This document shows positions 8,941 to 17,727 of a DNA stretch of 64,000 nucleotides, in pieces; within the stretch, counting starts at the first letter, position 1, and each line of letters begins with the position of its first letter. Position numbers and translations under genes: made by a program. Source of the DNA: Candidatus Omnitrophota bacterium (GTDB lineage Bacteria; Omnitrophota; Gorgyraeia; Zapsychrales; Fredricksoniimonadaceae); assembly GCA_903908245.1 (NCBI GenBank), contig CAIVRE010000024.1, positions 9,676 through 73,675 on the forward strand, given 5' to 3'. The notes beneath the pieces were generated by a model. That model was not told the DNA's origin. It was given only the letters and a program-made list of their open reading frames with translations, and made no database searches.

Positions 8941-10152
8941 TTAGGGGCATCGTGATGACCGGTTGGACAGGAGCCCCAGGATCGCCCACCAGATCAGGCT
9001 GATCTCGGGAAGGAAGAAAGTGAAGTCCACGAAGTTGTGGATCAGGAAAGCGCAGGCAGCCGCCAGGAGGCCGATCGTCATGGCTTTATCCTGGGAATGC
9101 GCTATTTCTTTCAGGCCGGACCTTATTATGGTCGCGATCAGGATAATAAAAGAGAGGGCGCCGATGATCCCGGTTTCGGCCCATATTTGAAGGAAGGCAT
9201 TGTGGCTGTAGCGTGAAAAAGGGCTGTCAAAATTCCCCAGGCCTATGCCGGTCCAGAAATGCGTCAGGAGGACCGACAGCGTATCCCGCCAGTAATTGAG
9301 TTTCATTTGTGATGAAAAGGATGGTTCAAAGATATGGTGGGCCGTTTGCATCCGCACAAAAAAGACAACAGCCAGTGCGACGAGGCCTCCGGACAGGATG
9401 AAGAGGGCTTTTTTTGTGCATTTATCCTTGAGGTGAAAATAGACCGCCATTGCCGGAAGAAGGCTGAAAAGAGCGCCGATCGACTTGGTCGAAAGGAGGG
9501 CGAGGAAGAGTATGGACGCGGTCCAGAGCTTTTTGTTCATCGCCAGGGCGAGAGGGATGATCATGATCAGGTATCCGCCCAGCGCGTTGGGCGTGATGAA
9601 AGGATAGTAGACGCGCTTTTGATCGATATAGTTGACGACATAAGGGTCCGAGAGCCTGTTCTCGGTGATGTAGTCGGTGAGATTCTGGAATCCGAAGAAA
9701 TACTGATAGGCCGCCAGGAGGGACACAAAGATCCCTGATGCGATCAGCGTGATAATGATCTTGCGTTTGTCCCCGGCAGGCAGGGTGCGGCAGATCAGGA
9801 AGAGCAGGATGCCGCTGATGTAGTAGGTCAGGGCCTGGGTCGCCAGGAGTTTATTTTCGGCAAAGATCAGGGAGAAGAAAAGAGCGCCGATAAAGAACAG
9901 GAGCGGGATAGTGGTTTTGCGGTGGTCTTGAAGGGCAAGGCCCTTGAGGACCATCCAGCTTGTGAGCAGGAGAAGCAGCAGCGCAGAGTAGAGCTCGTTA
10001 ATATCCGGAAAGGCGGGGGAGCAAAGGAGCGGGCGTGTAAAGATGGCGAGCATTAAAAGCCGTATAAGCATAGGAACGCGTATCTTATGCCAGAAACTGG
10101 CGAGCGTCAAAAGAAATAGTGGCGCTGTTCCCGGACCGGTGTGGGAGGCCAT
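8941..10152 (-). CDS. O-antigen ligase/polymerase family membrane protein (Wzy_C domain)
   Basis: 403 aa, about 10 TM helices, with the Wzy_C-like segment 'NAFLQIWAETGIIGALSFIILI'. Confidence 0.6.
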   Translation of the reverse strand: MASHTGPGTAPLFLLTLASFWHKIRVPMLIRLLMLAIFTRPLLCSPAFPDINELYSALLLLLLTSWMVLKGLALQDHRKTTIPLLFFIGALFFSLIFAENKLLATQALTYYISGILLFLICRTLPAGDKRKIIITLIASGIFVSLLAAYQYFFGFQNLTDYITENRLSDPYVVNYIDQKRVYYPFITPNALGGYLIMIIPLALAMNKKLWTASILFLALLSTKSIGALFSLLPAMAVYFHLKDKCTKKALFILSGGLVALAVVFFVRMQTAHHIFEPSFSSQMKLNYWRDTLSVLLTHFWTGIGLGNFDSPFSRYSHNAFLQIWAETGIIGALSFIILIATIIRSGLKEIAHSQDKAMTIGLLAAACAFLIHNFVDFTFFLPEISLIWWAILGLLSNRSSRCP

Positions 10153-10176
10153 TAAAGCCCCCGATACGAATGAAGC

Positions 10177-10204
10177 TTGCTTTTTTGGGAAAACCTTTTA
10201 TTAT
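10177..10204 (+). promoter_or_regulatory. candidate sigma70-type promoter in the 100-bp divergent intergenic region (TTGCTT-16nt-TATTAT)
   Basis: Read by eye only, AT-rich spacer, upstream of the FmdB-like gene. Weak. Confidence 0.2.
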
Positions 10205-10252
10205 CGTGTTTAATATTTAAAGCTTCGTTCAATTCATTTACCAAGGATCGTT

Positions 10253-10531
10253 ATGCCGACTTATGATTACGAATGCAGGGCCTGTGCCCATGTTTTTGAA
10301 GCGCTGCAGACCATGTCTGAGCCCAAGCTTACCCGATGCCCGAAATGCGGCAAGGACAAACTTGCGCGTTTGATGGGCAGCGGCAGCGGGGTTATTTTCA
10401 AAGGGTCAGGGTTTTATGAGACGGATTACAAGAAGAAGGAAGCCCCCAAGTCTGAAAAGAAAGGCTCTTCTTCGGCTCCGGCCTGTTCCTCCTGTCCTAT
10501 GAAAGAGTCCGGCGGCTGTTCTTCCGCTTGA
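10253..10531 (+). CDS. FmdB-family zinc-ribbon protein (putative regulatory protein)
   Basis: 'MPTYDYECRACAHVFE...LTRCPKCGK' has two CxxC pairs typical of FmdB zinc ribbons, followed by a Ser/Gly/Lys-rich tail. Confidence 0.7.
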   Translation: MPTYDYECRACAHVFEALQTMSEPKLTRCPKCGKDKLARLMGSGSGVIFKGSGFYETDYKKKEAPKSEKKGSSSAPACSSCPMKESGGCSSA

Positions 10532-10578
10532 AGATAATGGCCTGCTGGCAGCGCTCCTGACATCAATGCCTCTTTTTA

Positions 10579-10606
10579 TTGGCAAAACGGAAATTTTGTG
10601 TATACT
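10579..10606 (+). promoter_or_regulatory. candidate sigma70 promoter TTGGCA-16nt-TATACT upstream of DUF1015/accD
   Basis: Hexamers read directly: TTGGCA at 10579-10584 and TATACT at 10601-10606, about 70 nt upstream of the ATG at 10679. Confidence 0.3.
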
Positions 10607-10678
10607 TATTGGACTATTTCCCGAAGCCACAGCTCCAAACGGGGGAAATCATATTAAATCGTTAAGAAAGTATAAAGA

Positions 10679-11944
10679 ATGTCGCTTGTAAAACCATTCC
10701 AGGGGCTTGTTTATGACCCTGCCAAAGTTACGGACATGTCCAAGGTGGTCTGTCCGCCGTATGATGTTATCTCCCCTGAGGAAGAACTCAGGCTGCAGAA
10801 GCGCAGTCCGTATAATTTTATCCATGTGATGCTTGCCAAGGCCGATGCCCGCCATGGTACGGACGATACGCGTTATGAGAAGGCAGGCGAGACCTTTCGC
10901 CAGTGGATCAGGGACGGTATTCTTGTCCAGGACCAAAAGCCTTGCATTTATTATATTAAACAGGAATACAAGATCGTTGGCCAGCGTCACAGCCGTATGG
11001 GGTTCCTGGCGGTGATGAAGATCGAGGACGAGAAGGCCAGGATATATCCTCACGAGAAGACCCACGCGGGTGCCAAGGAGGACCGGTTCAAGCTTTGGTG
11101 TGCGCTCAAGGCGGCTTGCAGCCCGATCTTTGTCTGTTTTTCGGACCGGCAGAAGAAAGTGGAAGGCACTTTTGCCCGCAAGGTCGCGCAGAGCAAGCCT
11201 TTTATCGATGTGGTCGAAGCTGACGGCACGCGCACGATCGCCTGGCGGCTCGATGACCCGGTCCTGATCGGGGATATTACAGGGTCGTTCAATGATCAGA
11301 ACCTTTTTATTGCGGACGGGCATCACCGTTATGAAGTTTCGAGGCGGTATCGGGAGATGATGCTGGAACAGAACCCGAATGCCACGGGGGAAGAGCCGTG
11401 GAATTATGTGATGACTTATTTTACGAATATTGATTCCAAAGAGCTTCAGATCTTTCCTATCCATCGCATTATCAAATCGTTCCCGAAGGATCTGGCTTTC
11501 CTTGAAGAGATATTTCGCATGGATTTTGTGAAGAATCGCCTGGACCTTCCGGTCATGATGGCCAAGGCGGGCCGCAATGAACACGCGGTCGGGCTATATA
11601 CGAAAAAAGGCGCGTTCCTGTTGCGGCTCAAGAACATGATGCAGATCGACCAGTTCATTAAGGAAGGTTCCAAGGATTATCGCGGCCTGGATTCGTTGAT
11701 CCTCAAGGCGTTCGTCCTTGACAAGCTTGAGGTCAAGTCCGAGGATATTACCTATTGCAATATGGATATTGACGGCTGTTTTAATGCCATTGATAATGGC
11801 CAGGGTGAGGCGGCTTTCATTTTAAATCCGGTGCGTATCGAGCAATTGAGGGCCATCGCGCTCAATGGCGAGAAAATGCCGCCGAAGAGCACGTATTTTT
11901 ATCCCAAGGCGCTTTCGGGTATCGCCTTATACAGCTTAGGATGA
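10679..11944 (+). CDS. DUF1015 family protein
   Basis: N-terminus 'MSLVKPFQGLVYDP...VVCPPYDVIS' matches the conserved DUF1015 start; 421 aa. Confidence 0.7.
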   Translation: MSLVKPFQGLVYDPAKVTDMSKVVCPPYDVISPEEELRLQKRSPYNFIHVMLAKADARHGTDDTRYEKAGETFRQWIRDGILVQDQKPCIYYIKQEYKIVGQRHSRMGFLAVMKIEDEKARIYPHEKTHAGAKEDRFKLWCALKAACSPIFVCFSDRQKKVEGTFARKVAQSKPFIDVVEADGTRTIAWRLDDPVLIGDITGSFNDQNLFIADGHHRYEVSRRYREMMLEQNPNATGEEPWNYVMTYFTNIDSKELQIFPIHRIIKSFPKDLAFLEEIFRMDFVKNRLDLPVMMAKAGRNEHAVGLYTKKGAFLLRLKNMMQIDQFIKEGSKDYRGLDSLILKAFVLDKLEVKSEDITYCNMDIDGCFNAIDNGQGEAAFILNPVRIEQLRAIALNGEKMPPKSTYFYPKALSGIALYSLG

Positions 11945-11947
11945 TCC

Positions 11948-12808
11948 ATGAGCCTTTTTGGCAAGAGCATTAACACATTTGTCCGTGTTTCCAACAAGCG
12001 CAAGGCTATCCCCGACGGGGTGTGGCTTAAGTGCCCGGAGTGCGACCAGCCTTCCTATACCAAAGAGGTGGAGGCTAACCGGAATGTATGCCCCAAGTGC
12101 CAGTATCATATGACGCTTAATGCCCGTCAGCGGGTGGAATTGCTGGTGGATGCGGGGTCTTTTGAGGAATTTGATGCCGATATGCTTTCCCTTGATCCGT
12201 TGGATTTCAAGGGGGTCAAGACATACAAGGAAAAGCTTGCCAGTGACCAGAAGATCACCGGGCTGGTGGATGCGGCCATTACCGGCAGCTGCAAGATCGA
12301 CGGGATCGCCGCAGCGCTGGCCGTGACCGATTCGCAGTTCATTATGGGGTCCATGGGTTCTGTCGTTGGCGAAAAGATAGCCCGCGCGGTGGAATACGGC
12401 ACCAAACACAAGATCCCGGTCGTTATTGTTTCCGGTTCCGGCGGCGGCGCGCGCATGTATGAGGGGTGTATTTCGCTCATGCAGATGGCCAAGACCTGTG
12501 CGGCGTTGTCCCGTCATGCCGAGGCCAAACAGCTTTATATTTCCGTGCTTACGAACCCGACGATGGGCGGGATCATGGCGTCTTTTGCCGGGGTGGGGGA
12601 TGTGATCATTGCCGAACCGAAGGCTTTGCTGGGGTTCGCCGGCCCGCGCGTCATTGAACAGACGGTACGCCAGAAATTGCCCAAGGGGTTCCAGACGTCC
12701 GAGTTCATGCTCGCGCACGGGATGCTCGACATGATCGTTGCGCGCAAGGACATGAAAGCGACGATCGCGAAAATAATGGCGTATTCCCGGGGGTCCGGGA
12801 GAAAGTAA
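11948..12808 (+). CDS. accD: acetyl-CoA carboxylase carboxyltransferase beta subunit
   Basis: N-terminal Zn finger 'CPECDQ...CPKCQYH', carboxyltransferase core 'GSMGSVVGEK...VIVSGSGGARM'; 286 aa. Confidence 0.9.
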   Translation: MSLFGKSINTFVRVSNKRKAIPDGVWLKCPECDQPSYTKEVEANRNVCPKCQYHMTLNARQRVELLVDAGSFEEFDADMLSLDPLDFKGVKTYKEKLASDQKITGLVDAAITGSCKIDGIAAALAVTDSQFIMGSMGSVVGEKIARAVEYGTKHKIPVVIVSGSGGGARMYEGCISLMQMAKTCAALSRHAEAKQLYISVLTNPTMGGIMASFAGVGDVIIAEPKALLGFAGPRVIEQTVRQKLPKGFQTSEFMLAHGMLDMIVARKDMKATIAKIMAYSRGSGRK

Positions 12809-12814
12809 AAATAA

Positions 12815-12875
12815 GGGGACACTTTACTTAATTCATTTCTTGTTCGTGGTGCGGTGAATTAAGTAAAGCGTCCCC
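12815..12875 (+). terminator. long hairpin (21-bp stem, 20/21 paired, 19-nt loop) immediately downstream of accD, followed by a CCCCTAATT x2 direct repeat; terminator or other regulatory RNA/DNA structure
   Basis: GGGGACACTTTACTTAATTCA (12815-12835) pairs with TGAATTAAGTAAAGCGTCCCC (12855-12875). There is no canonical U-run; instead TCCCCCTAATTCCCCTAATT follows. Confidence 0.45.
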
Positions 12876-12907
12876 CTAATTCCCCTAATTAAAAATGGAG
12901 GTAGTTA

Positions 12908-14383
12908 ATGTCACAAGCGATCAATCAGCCAGTCCACCATGTGACAGCTCCCGCCGACCGCATTCCATTCTTCCAGAAGGTCGTCTACGGCATAGGGTCG
13001 TTCGTTAATCAATTCCAGGCCGCCGCGATCGGCCAGTTGATCGTTGTCCTGAATGTCGGTTTGGGCGTGAATCCTGCTTTGGTCGGCTGGATCGGGGCTG
13101 TTCCCCGTTTTATCGACGCTTTTTCAGATCCCCTGATCGGTTACAGTTCGGATAATACCCGCACCGCGTTCGGGCGCCGCCGGCCGTGGATCTTCTTCGG
13201 GGCCATTGCCTCCGGGATCCTGCTGGCCTTGATGTTCCAGCTTTATAAAGGGCACAGCGAAGTTTATTATTTCGGTTATGTCTTGGCGATCCAGATCCTT
13301 TTCGTCATCGCGTTCGCCTGCTATTCCATCCCGTGGATCGCCCTCGGTTATGAAATGACCCCTGATTATCATGAACGGACGCGCCTGCAGGCGTTCGCGA
13401 ATTTTATCGCCCAGCCGGTGTGGATGCTCGCGCCCTGGATCTTCTCCATCATGAGCAACAAGTCATATTTCCCTGATATCGTGGCCGGTGCCAGGACGCT
13501 CGCGATCATTGTCGGCGGGTTCATCCTGGTCGGTGGCGTCCTGCCCGCGATCTTCAACAAGGAGATCTACGGGAATCTGCCGAAACCCCAGAAAGAAAAG
13601 GGCTACGGGAATGTCATCAAAGACCTTTTGCATAATTGTGCGACCGCGTTCAAGTGCGGCCCGTTCGTCAAGCTGTGCGCGGTGACATTCCTTATCTTCA
13701 ACGGCTTCATGCTGGCGTCTTCTTTTACATTTTATGTTATCTGTTTCTATGTTTATGGCGGTTCGCAGCCGAGTGGCGCTACGTCGGCAATGGATGCGAT
13801 GTGGCACAGCGGCGGGACGCTCATCGGCCTGTTCGGGACGTTCAGTTCTGTCTGTGCCTTCGGCGCCATTTCACTCACCGCCTGGATCTCTTCCAAGGTC
13901 GGCAAGAGGAAGGCGTTCCTGCTCACCATGTCGTTGGCGGTCATCGGGTACGGGTTGAAATGGGTCGGGTATAATCCCGCGCATCCGTATTTGCTGCTTA
14001 TCGCTGCGCCGTTCTTGGCGTTCCATCTGGGTGCGCTTTTCACCATTGTCCCTTCCATGGTCGCGGATGTTTGTGACTATGATGAATTGCAGTGCGGGAC
14101 CCGCCGGGAAGGCATGTTCAGCGGCATTTACTGGTGGATCCAGAAGCTGGGGATGGCCGGGGCATCGGTGGTCGGCGGATACCTTCTTAATTGGACCGGT
14201 TTCAATATTGCATTAGGCATTGGTCAGTCATCCCATGCCTTGTTTTATATGCGCGTGTTTGATGTCGGCATCCCGATCGTGACCACGCTGGTCGCTATTT
14301 ATATTATTGCGACTTTTGAGGTCTCGGAAGACAAGGCCTATGAGATCCGCAAGCAGCTGGAAGCAAAACGGGGAAAAGCGTAA
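12908..14383 (+). CDS. MFS transporter, glycoside-pentoside-hexuronide (GPH):cation symporter family
   Basis: 491 aa, 12 TM helices, GPH signature 'GYSSDNTRTAFGRRRPWIF'. GGAGG RBS 8 nt upstream of the ATG. Confidence 0.8.
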   Translation: MSQAINQPVHHVTAPADRIPFFQKVVYGIGSFVNQFQAAAIGQLIVVLNVGLGVNPALVGWIGAVPRFIDAFSDPLIGYSSDNTRTAFGRRRPWIFFGAIASGILLALMFQLYKGHSEVYYFGYVLAIQILFVIAFACYSIPWIALGYEMTPDYHERTRLQAFANFIAQPVWMLAPWIFSIMSNKSYFPDIVAGARTLAIIVGGFILVGGVLPAIFNKEIYGNLPKPQKEKGYGNVIKDLLHNCATAFKCGPFVKLCAVTFLIFNGFMLASSFTFYVICFYVYGGSQPSGATSAMDAMWHSGGTLIGLFGTFSSVCAFGAISLTAWISSKVGKRKAFLLTMSLAVIGYGLKWVGYNPAHPYLLLIAAPFLAFHLGALFTIVPSMVADVCDYDELQCGTRREGMFSGIYWWIQKLGMAGASVVGGYLLNWTGFNIALGIGQSSHALFYMRVFDVGIPIVTTLVAIYIIATFEVSEDKAYEIRKQLEAKRGKA

Positions 14384-14392
14384 TAATGGAGC

Positions 14393-15346
14393 TTGAGAAA
14401 AGACGTGGCGATACAACCTGAAAATAAAAGTATCAATTCAAAGCCGATCATTATTTTTCCATACCAGGGGTATGAGAACAATAAGAAGTGTGAATGGTAT
14501 TTCTGGTGGACCGTTGACCGGTGCAAGAAGATCGACCCCAAGCCGATCGTGGTGTTGCCCAGGGATACGGTCATAAGGCAGGAGGCCGCCTCTTTTATAA
14601 AGGATGAACGGTACAAGACCCTTGAGGTCGTGCAAACCTGGTCAGTGGATACATGTCAGACGTGGCTGGCCGGTTGGGGCCATGTGCTTGATAATTATCC
14701 TGAAGTCGAGAGGATCGTGCAGATACCGGGTGACATTGATTATGTCGATGAGGATGTCGGATTCTACGACAGTCTCGGAGGGTTCATTGAAATAACCAAT
14801 TCCGATATTGCCATAGGGGATTTCAGGACAGGCGATCAGTACAGCGCCAAAAGCCTGGTAGATACGTATGGTACCTATTCCCTTTTGGCGAACTGGTTCC
14901 CCGAGATCTCGCGAAGTATAAGGTCCCTGCCGCTTAACCGGCCGAGATCCGAGTTCCTTAATATCAAGACATCTGTTTTACGCGATCTTTTGATCAATAA
15001 CAGGAATTTCGCGTATGAACAGACCCTGAATTTTCTCATCAAGAGCTGGAATTACGAGGAAACCAAATGGAAATACAATATATCCACTTCCTGCCTGGGG
15101 ACCCTGTCTGATAACAAGTCTTTCAGGAATTACAGGGCTTGTATCGACCAGACAGAGAGGATCGAGCGGATGCTTTCCTTGTTATGGCGGGAGATCAAGG
15201 CGCCCAAAAGAAGCAACAGTGGGAGCGACAAGAAGTTCGAAGAGCAATATACCGTGTTCAGCAATGAATACGACAAGCTTTCCACCAAATCAAACGGTAT
15301 TATGGATACTGCCAGGACGACATTAAGAGCCCTTCTGGGTGTATAA
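14393..15346 (+). CDS. hypothetical protein of no recognisable family; compositionally atypical (Asn/Lys/Ile/Tyr-rich, lower GC); no in-frame ATG start (TTG at 14393)
   Basis: 954-nt stop-free frame that cannot be chance. No Met occurs in the first ~260 residues, so it must start at TTG/GTG or be a recent pseudogene. GC is visibly lower than the ~58% GC of its neighbours. Confidence 0.5.
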   Translation: MRKDVAIQPENKSINSKPIIIFPYQGYENNKKCEWYFWWTVDRCKKIDPKPIVVLPRDTVIRQEAASFIKDERYKTLEVVQTWSVDTCQTWLAGWGHVLDNYPEVERIVQIPGDIDYVDEDVGFYDSLGGFIEITNSDIAIGDFRTGDQYSAKSLVDTYGTYSLLANWFPEISRSIRSLPLNRPRSEFLNIKTSVLRDLLINNRNFAYEQTLNFLIKSWNYEETKWKYNISTSCLGTLSDNKSFRNYRACIDQTERIERMLSLLWREIKAPKRSNSGSDKKFEEQYTVFSNEYDKLSTKSNGIMDTARTTLRALLGV

Positions 15347-15353
15347 ATAATTC

Positions 15354-16460
15354 ATGTCAAGCATCAGACTCGAGAATCTGAGCAAGGTTTACAAAGACGG
15401 CACGGCGAAAGCGGTCGATGGCGTCAACCTCGAGGTCAGGGACAAGGAATTTGTCGTCCTCGTCGGTCCTTCGGGTTGCGGCAAGTCCACCACGCTGCGG
15501 ATGATCGCGGGCCTGGAGGCGATATCCGAAGGAAAGATCTGGATCGGCGACCGGCTGGTCAATGATGTGCCGGCCAAAGACCGCGATATCGCGATGGTCT
15601 TTCAGAATTACGCCCTGTATCCGCACATGACCGTTTTTGAGAACATGGCTTTCGGCCTCAAGCTGCGCGGCTATCCCAAAGCCGAGATCGTCAAACGCGT
15701 TCATGAGGCGGCCGAGATCCTCAATATCCACCGGTACCTGGACCGCCGGCCCCGGCAGCTTTCGGGCGGCGAGCATCAGCGTGTTGCCCTGGGCCGCGCC
15801 ATTGTTCGCAAACCCAAGGTATTCCTTTTCGACGAGCCTTTATCGAACCTTGACGCCAAGATGCGCGTGACCATGCGCACCGAGATCCACAAATTGCGGA
15901 TGCGCCTGCAGACGACGTTCATCTATGTCACGCACGACCAGACGGAAGCCATGACCATGGGCGACCGTATTGTGGTCATGAAAAGCGGGCTCGTCCAGCA
16001 GGTGTCCGAGCCGATGACGATCTACGACAAGCCGGCCAACAAGTTTGTGGCCAGTTTTATCGGTACGCCTCCGATCAACCTGATGAACGGGACGATCCTT
16101 AAGAAGGACAAGAAATATTATTTTGACGAGGGGCAGTTCCGCGTGAAGATCGTTGAGGAGATGCTCCCCGTTGTTGCGCCGTACGCGGGCAGGGCCGTGG
16201 TGTTCGGGATCCGTAGTGAAGATGTTTACGACAAGCTTTTTGTGCCGGAATCGACACCCGAGAACACCATCCGCGTGACCTGCGAGGTCGTTGAGCCGCT
16301 GGGCGCGGAAGTCTTTTTGTACCTGAATTCGGGGAAGAACAGTTTCATCGCCCGTGTTGGCGCCCATAACCGTCCGGAAGTCAATAAAGACATGGAAGTC
16401 GTCTTCGACATGAGCAAGGTGCACTTCTTTGATCCAAAAACCGAAACAACGATTATCTAG
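15354..16460 (+). CDS. ABC transporter ATP-binding protein, MalK/UgpC/MsmK type, with C-terminal TOBE domain
   Basis: Walker A 'GPSGCGKST', signature 'LSGGEHQRVALGRA', Walker B 'VFLFDEPLSNLD'; 368 aa. No adjacent permease or substrate-binding protein. Confidence 0.85.
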   Translation: MSSIRLENLSKVYKDGTAKAVDGVNLEVRDKEFVVLVGPSGCGKSTTLRMIAGLEAISEGKIWIGDRLVNDVPAKDRDIAMVFQNYALYPHMTVFENMAFGLKLRGYPKAEIVKRVHEAAEILNIHRYLDRRPRQLSGGEHQRVALGRAIVRKPKVFLFDEPLSNLDAKMRVTMRTEIHKLRMRLQTTFIYVTHDQTEAMTMGDRIVVMKSGLVQQVSEPMTIYDKPANKFVASFIGTPPINLMNGTILKKDKKYYFDEGQFRVKIVEEMLPVVAPYAGRAVVFGIRSEDVYDKLFVPESTPENTIRVTCEVVEPLGAEVFLYLNSGKNSFIARVGAHNRPEVNKDMEVVFDMSKVHFFDPKTETTII

Positions 16461-17727
16461 GTATTTTCTTTTCTTCGTCGCAAGCCTTCTGGTCCCTCTT
16501 GCCGGCTTCTTTATTTATGCCGTCAGGTTCGATGTCAGGTTCTTTTTCTTTCTTTCCGTAGCCCTGTCCGTCAATGTCACGGTCCTCTTCCTGTTCTATC
16601 ACCGGCTCAAAAGCAAGAAGGCGTCGCTCAAGCTGCAGCGTGAAGAATATTTCGAGAAAGCCAATCTTTTGAAGGCGGATCTTGAGAAAGAAAGCGCGGC
16701 GATCGCGGCATTCCGGGAAAAGATCGTGAGTTATTCCCAGCTTAAGGGTTTGCTGGAGGCCCTGGGCATGTGCCTGACCCTTGAGGACACGGTCAATTCT
16801 CTTTGTAAAGAGACTGTTGCCTTGTTCGATTCCAGGGATATTACTGTCATCCTGTATCTTGTGGACCATTTATCGGGCGGTATCGCCATTGTTTATGCGT
16901 CCCGCAATCATCATGCGGTCAATATCAAGATGAAGCACGGGGATATTTTTGACCGGTGGTGTCTGAAGACGCTGCAGTCCCTTTATATCGAGGACACCAG
17001 GAGTGATTTCCGTTTTGACGTGGAAAAGGTGGATGACGAGGATATGCGCCGGGTCCGTTCGCTCCTGAGCGTTCCGCTCCTGGTGCATAACAAGACTGTC
17101 GGGATCCTCCGCCTTGACAGCCAGTTGCCCGGAAGATTCACCGAGGAAGACCTGCGCTTCCTTAAGACGATCGGGGATGTGGCGGCCGTTGCCATTGAAA
17201 ATGCCCAGCTTTACGACCGGGTGGAGGACCTAGCGATCCGCGACAGCCTGACCGGATTGTTCCTCCGGCGTTACCTGATGGAGCGGGTGGCGGAAGAGAT
17301 CCCCCGTCATTTACGCCGTGATAAAGGGATGGCGTTCATCATGTTCGACCTCGATCATTTTAAAAGCTACAATGACCGTTTCGGGCATCCGGCCGGCGAT
17401 ATCCTGCTTAAGACCATGGCGGAGCTGCTTAAAAACCATTTCAGTGATCCCGGGAATCTTGTTTGCCGCTATGGCGGTGAAGAATTTTGTGTCCTGATGC
17501 CCGAGTGCACGAAGAAAGAGGCGGCAGCGCGGGCCAATTCTTTTGTCGAATTGGTCGAGAAAAAAGACATTGTCCTTCGCCGCGAGAAAACGAGCATTTC
17601 GGTATCGGCCGGGGTGGCGTGGTTCCCGGATGATGCGAAAACGCGGGAAGAGCTTATCCAGAAGGCCGACACGGCACTTTATGAAGCGAAGAAGCAGGGA
17701 AGGAACCGGGTATGCCTTTCACCTTGA
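16429..17727 (+). CDS. membrane-anchored GAF-GGDEF diguanylate cyclase
   Basis: Two N-terminal TM helices and a GAF-like region. GGDEF domain with 'RYGGEEFCVLMP' and inhibitory-site 'RxxD'-containing 'LRRDKG'. Apparent TTG start overlaps malK-like by 32 nt. Confidence 0.7.
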   Translation: MIQKPKQRLSRYFLFFVASLLVPLAGFFIYAVRFDVRFFFFLSVALSVNVTVLFLFYHRLKSKKASLKLQREEYFEKANLLKADLEKESAAIAAFREKIVSYSQLKGLLEALGMCLTLEDTVNSLCKETVALFDSRDITVILYLVDHLSGGIAIVYASRNHHAVNIKMKHGDIFDRWCLKTLQSLYIEDTRSDFRFDVEKVDDEDMRRVRSLLSVPLLVHNKTVGILRLDSQLPGRFTEEDLRFLKTIGDVAAVAIENAQLYDRVEDLAIRDSLTGLFLRRYLMERVAEEIPRHLRRDKGMAFIMFDLDHFKSYNDRFGHPAGDILLKTMAELLKNHFSDPGNLVCRYGGEEFCVLMPECTKKEAAARANSFVELVEKKDIVLRREKTSISVSAGVAWFPDDAKTREELIQKADTALYEAKKQGRNRVCLSP

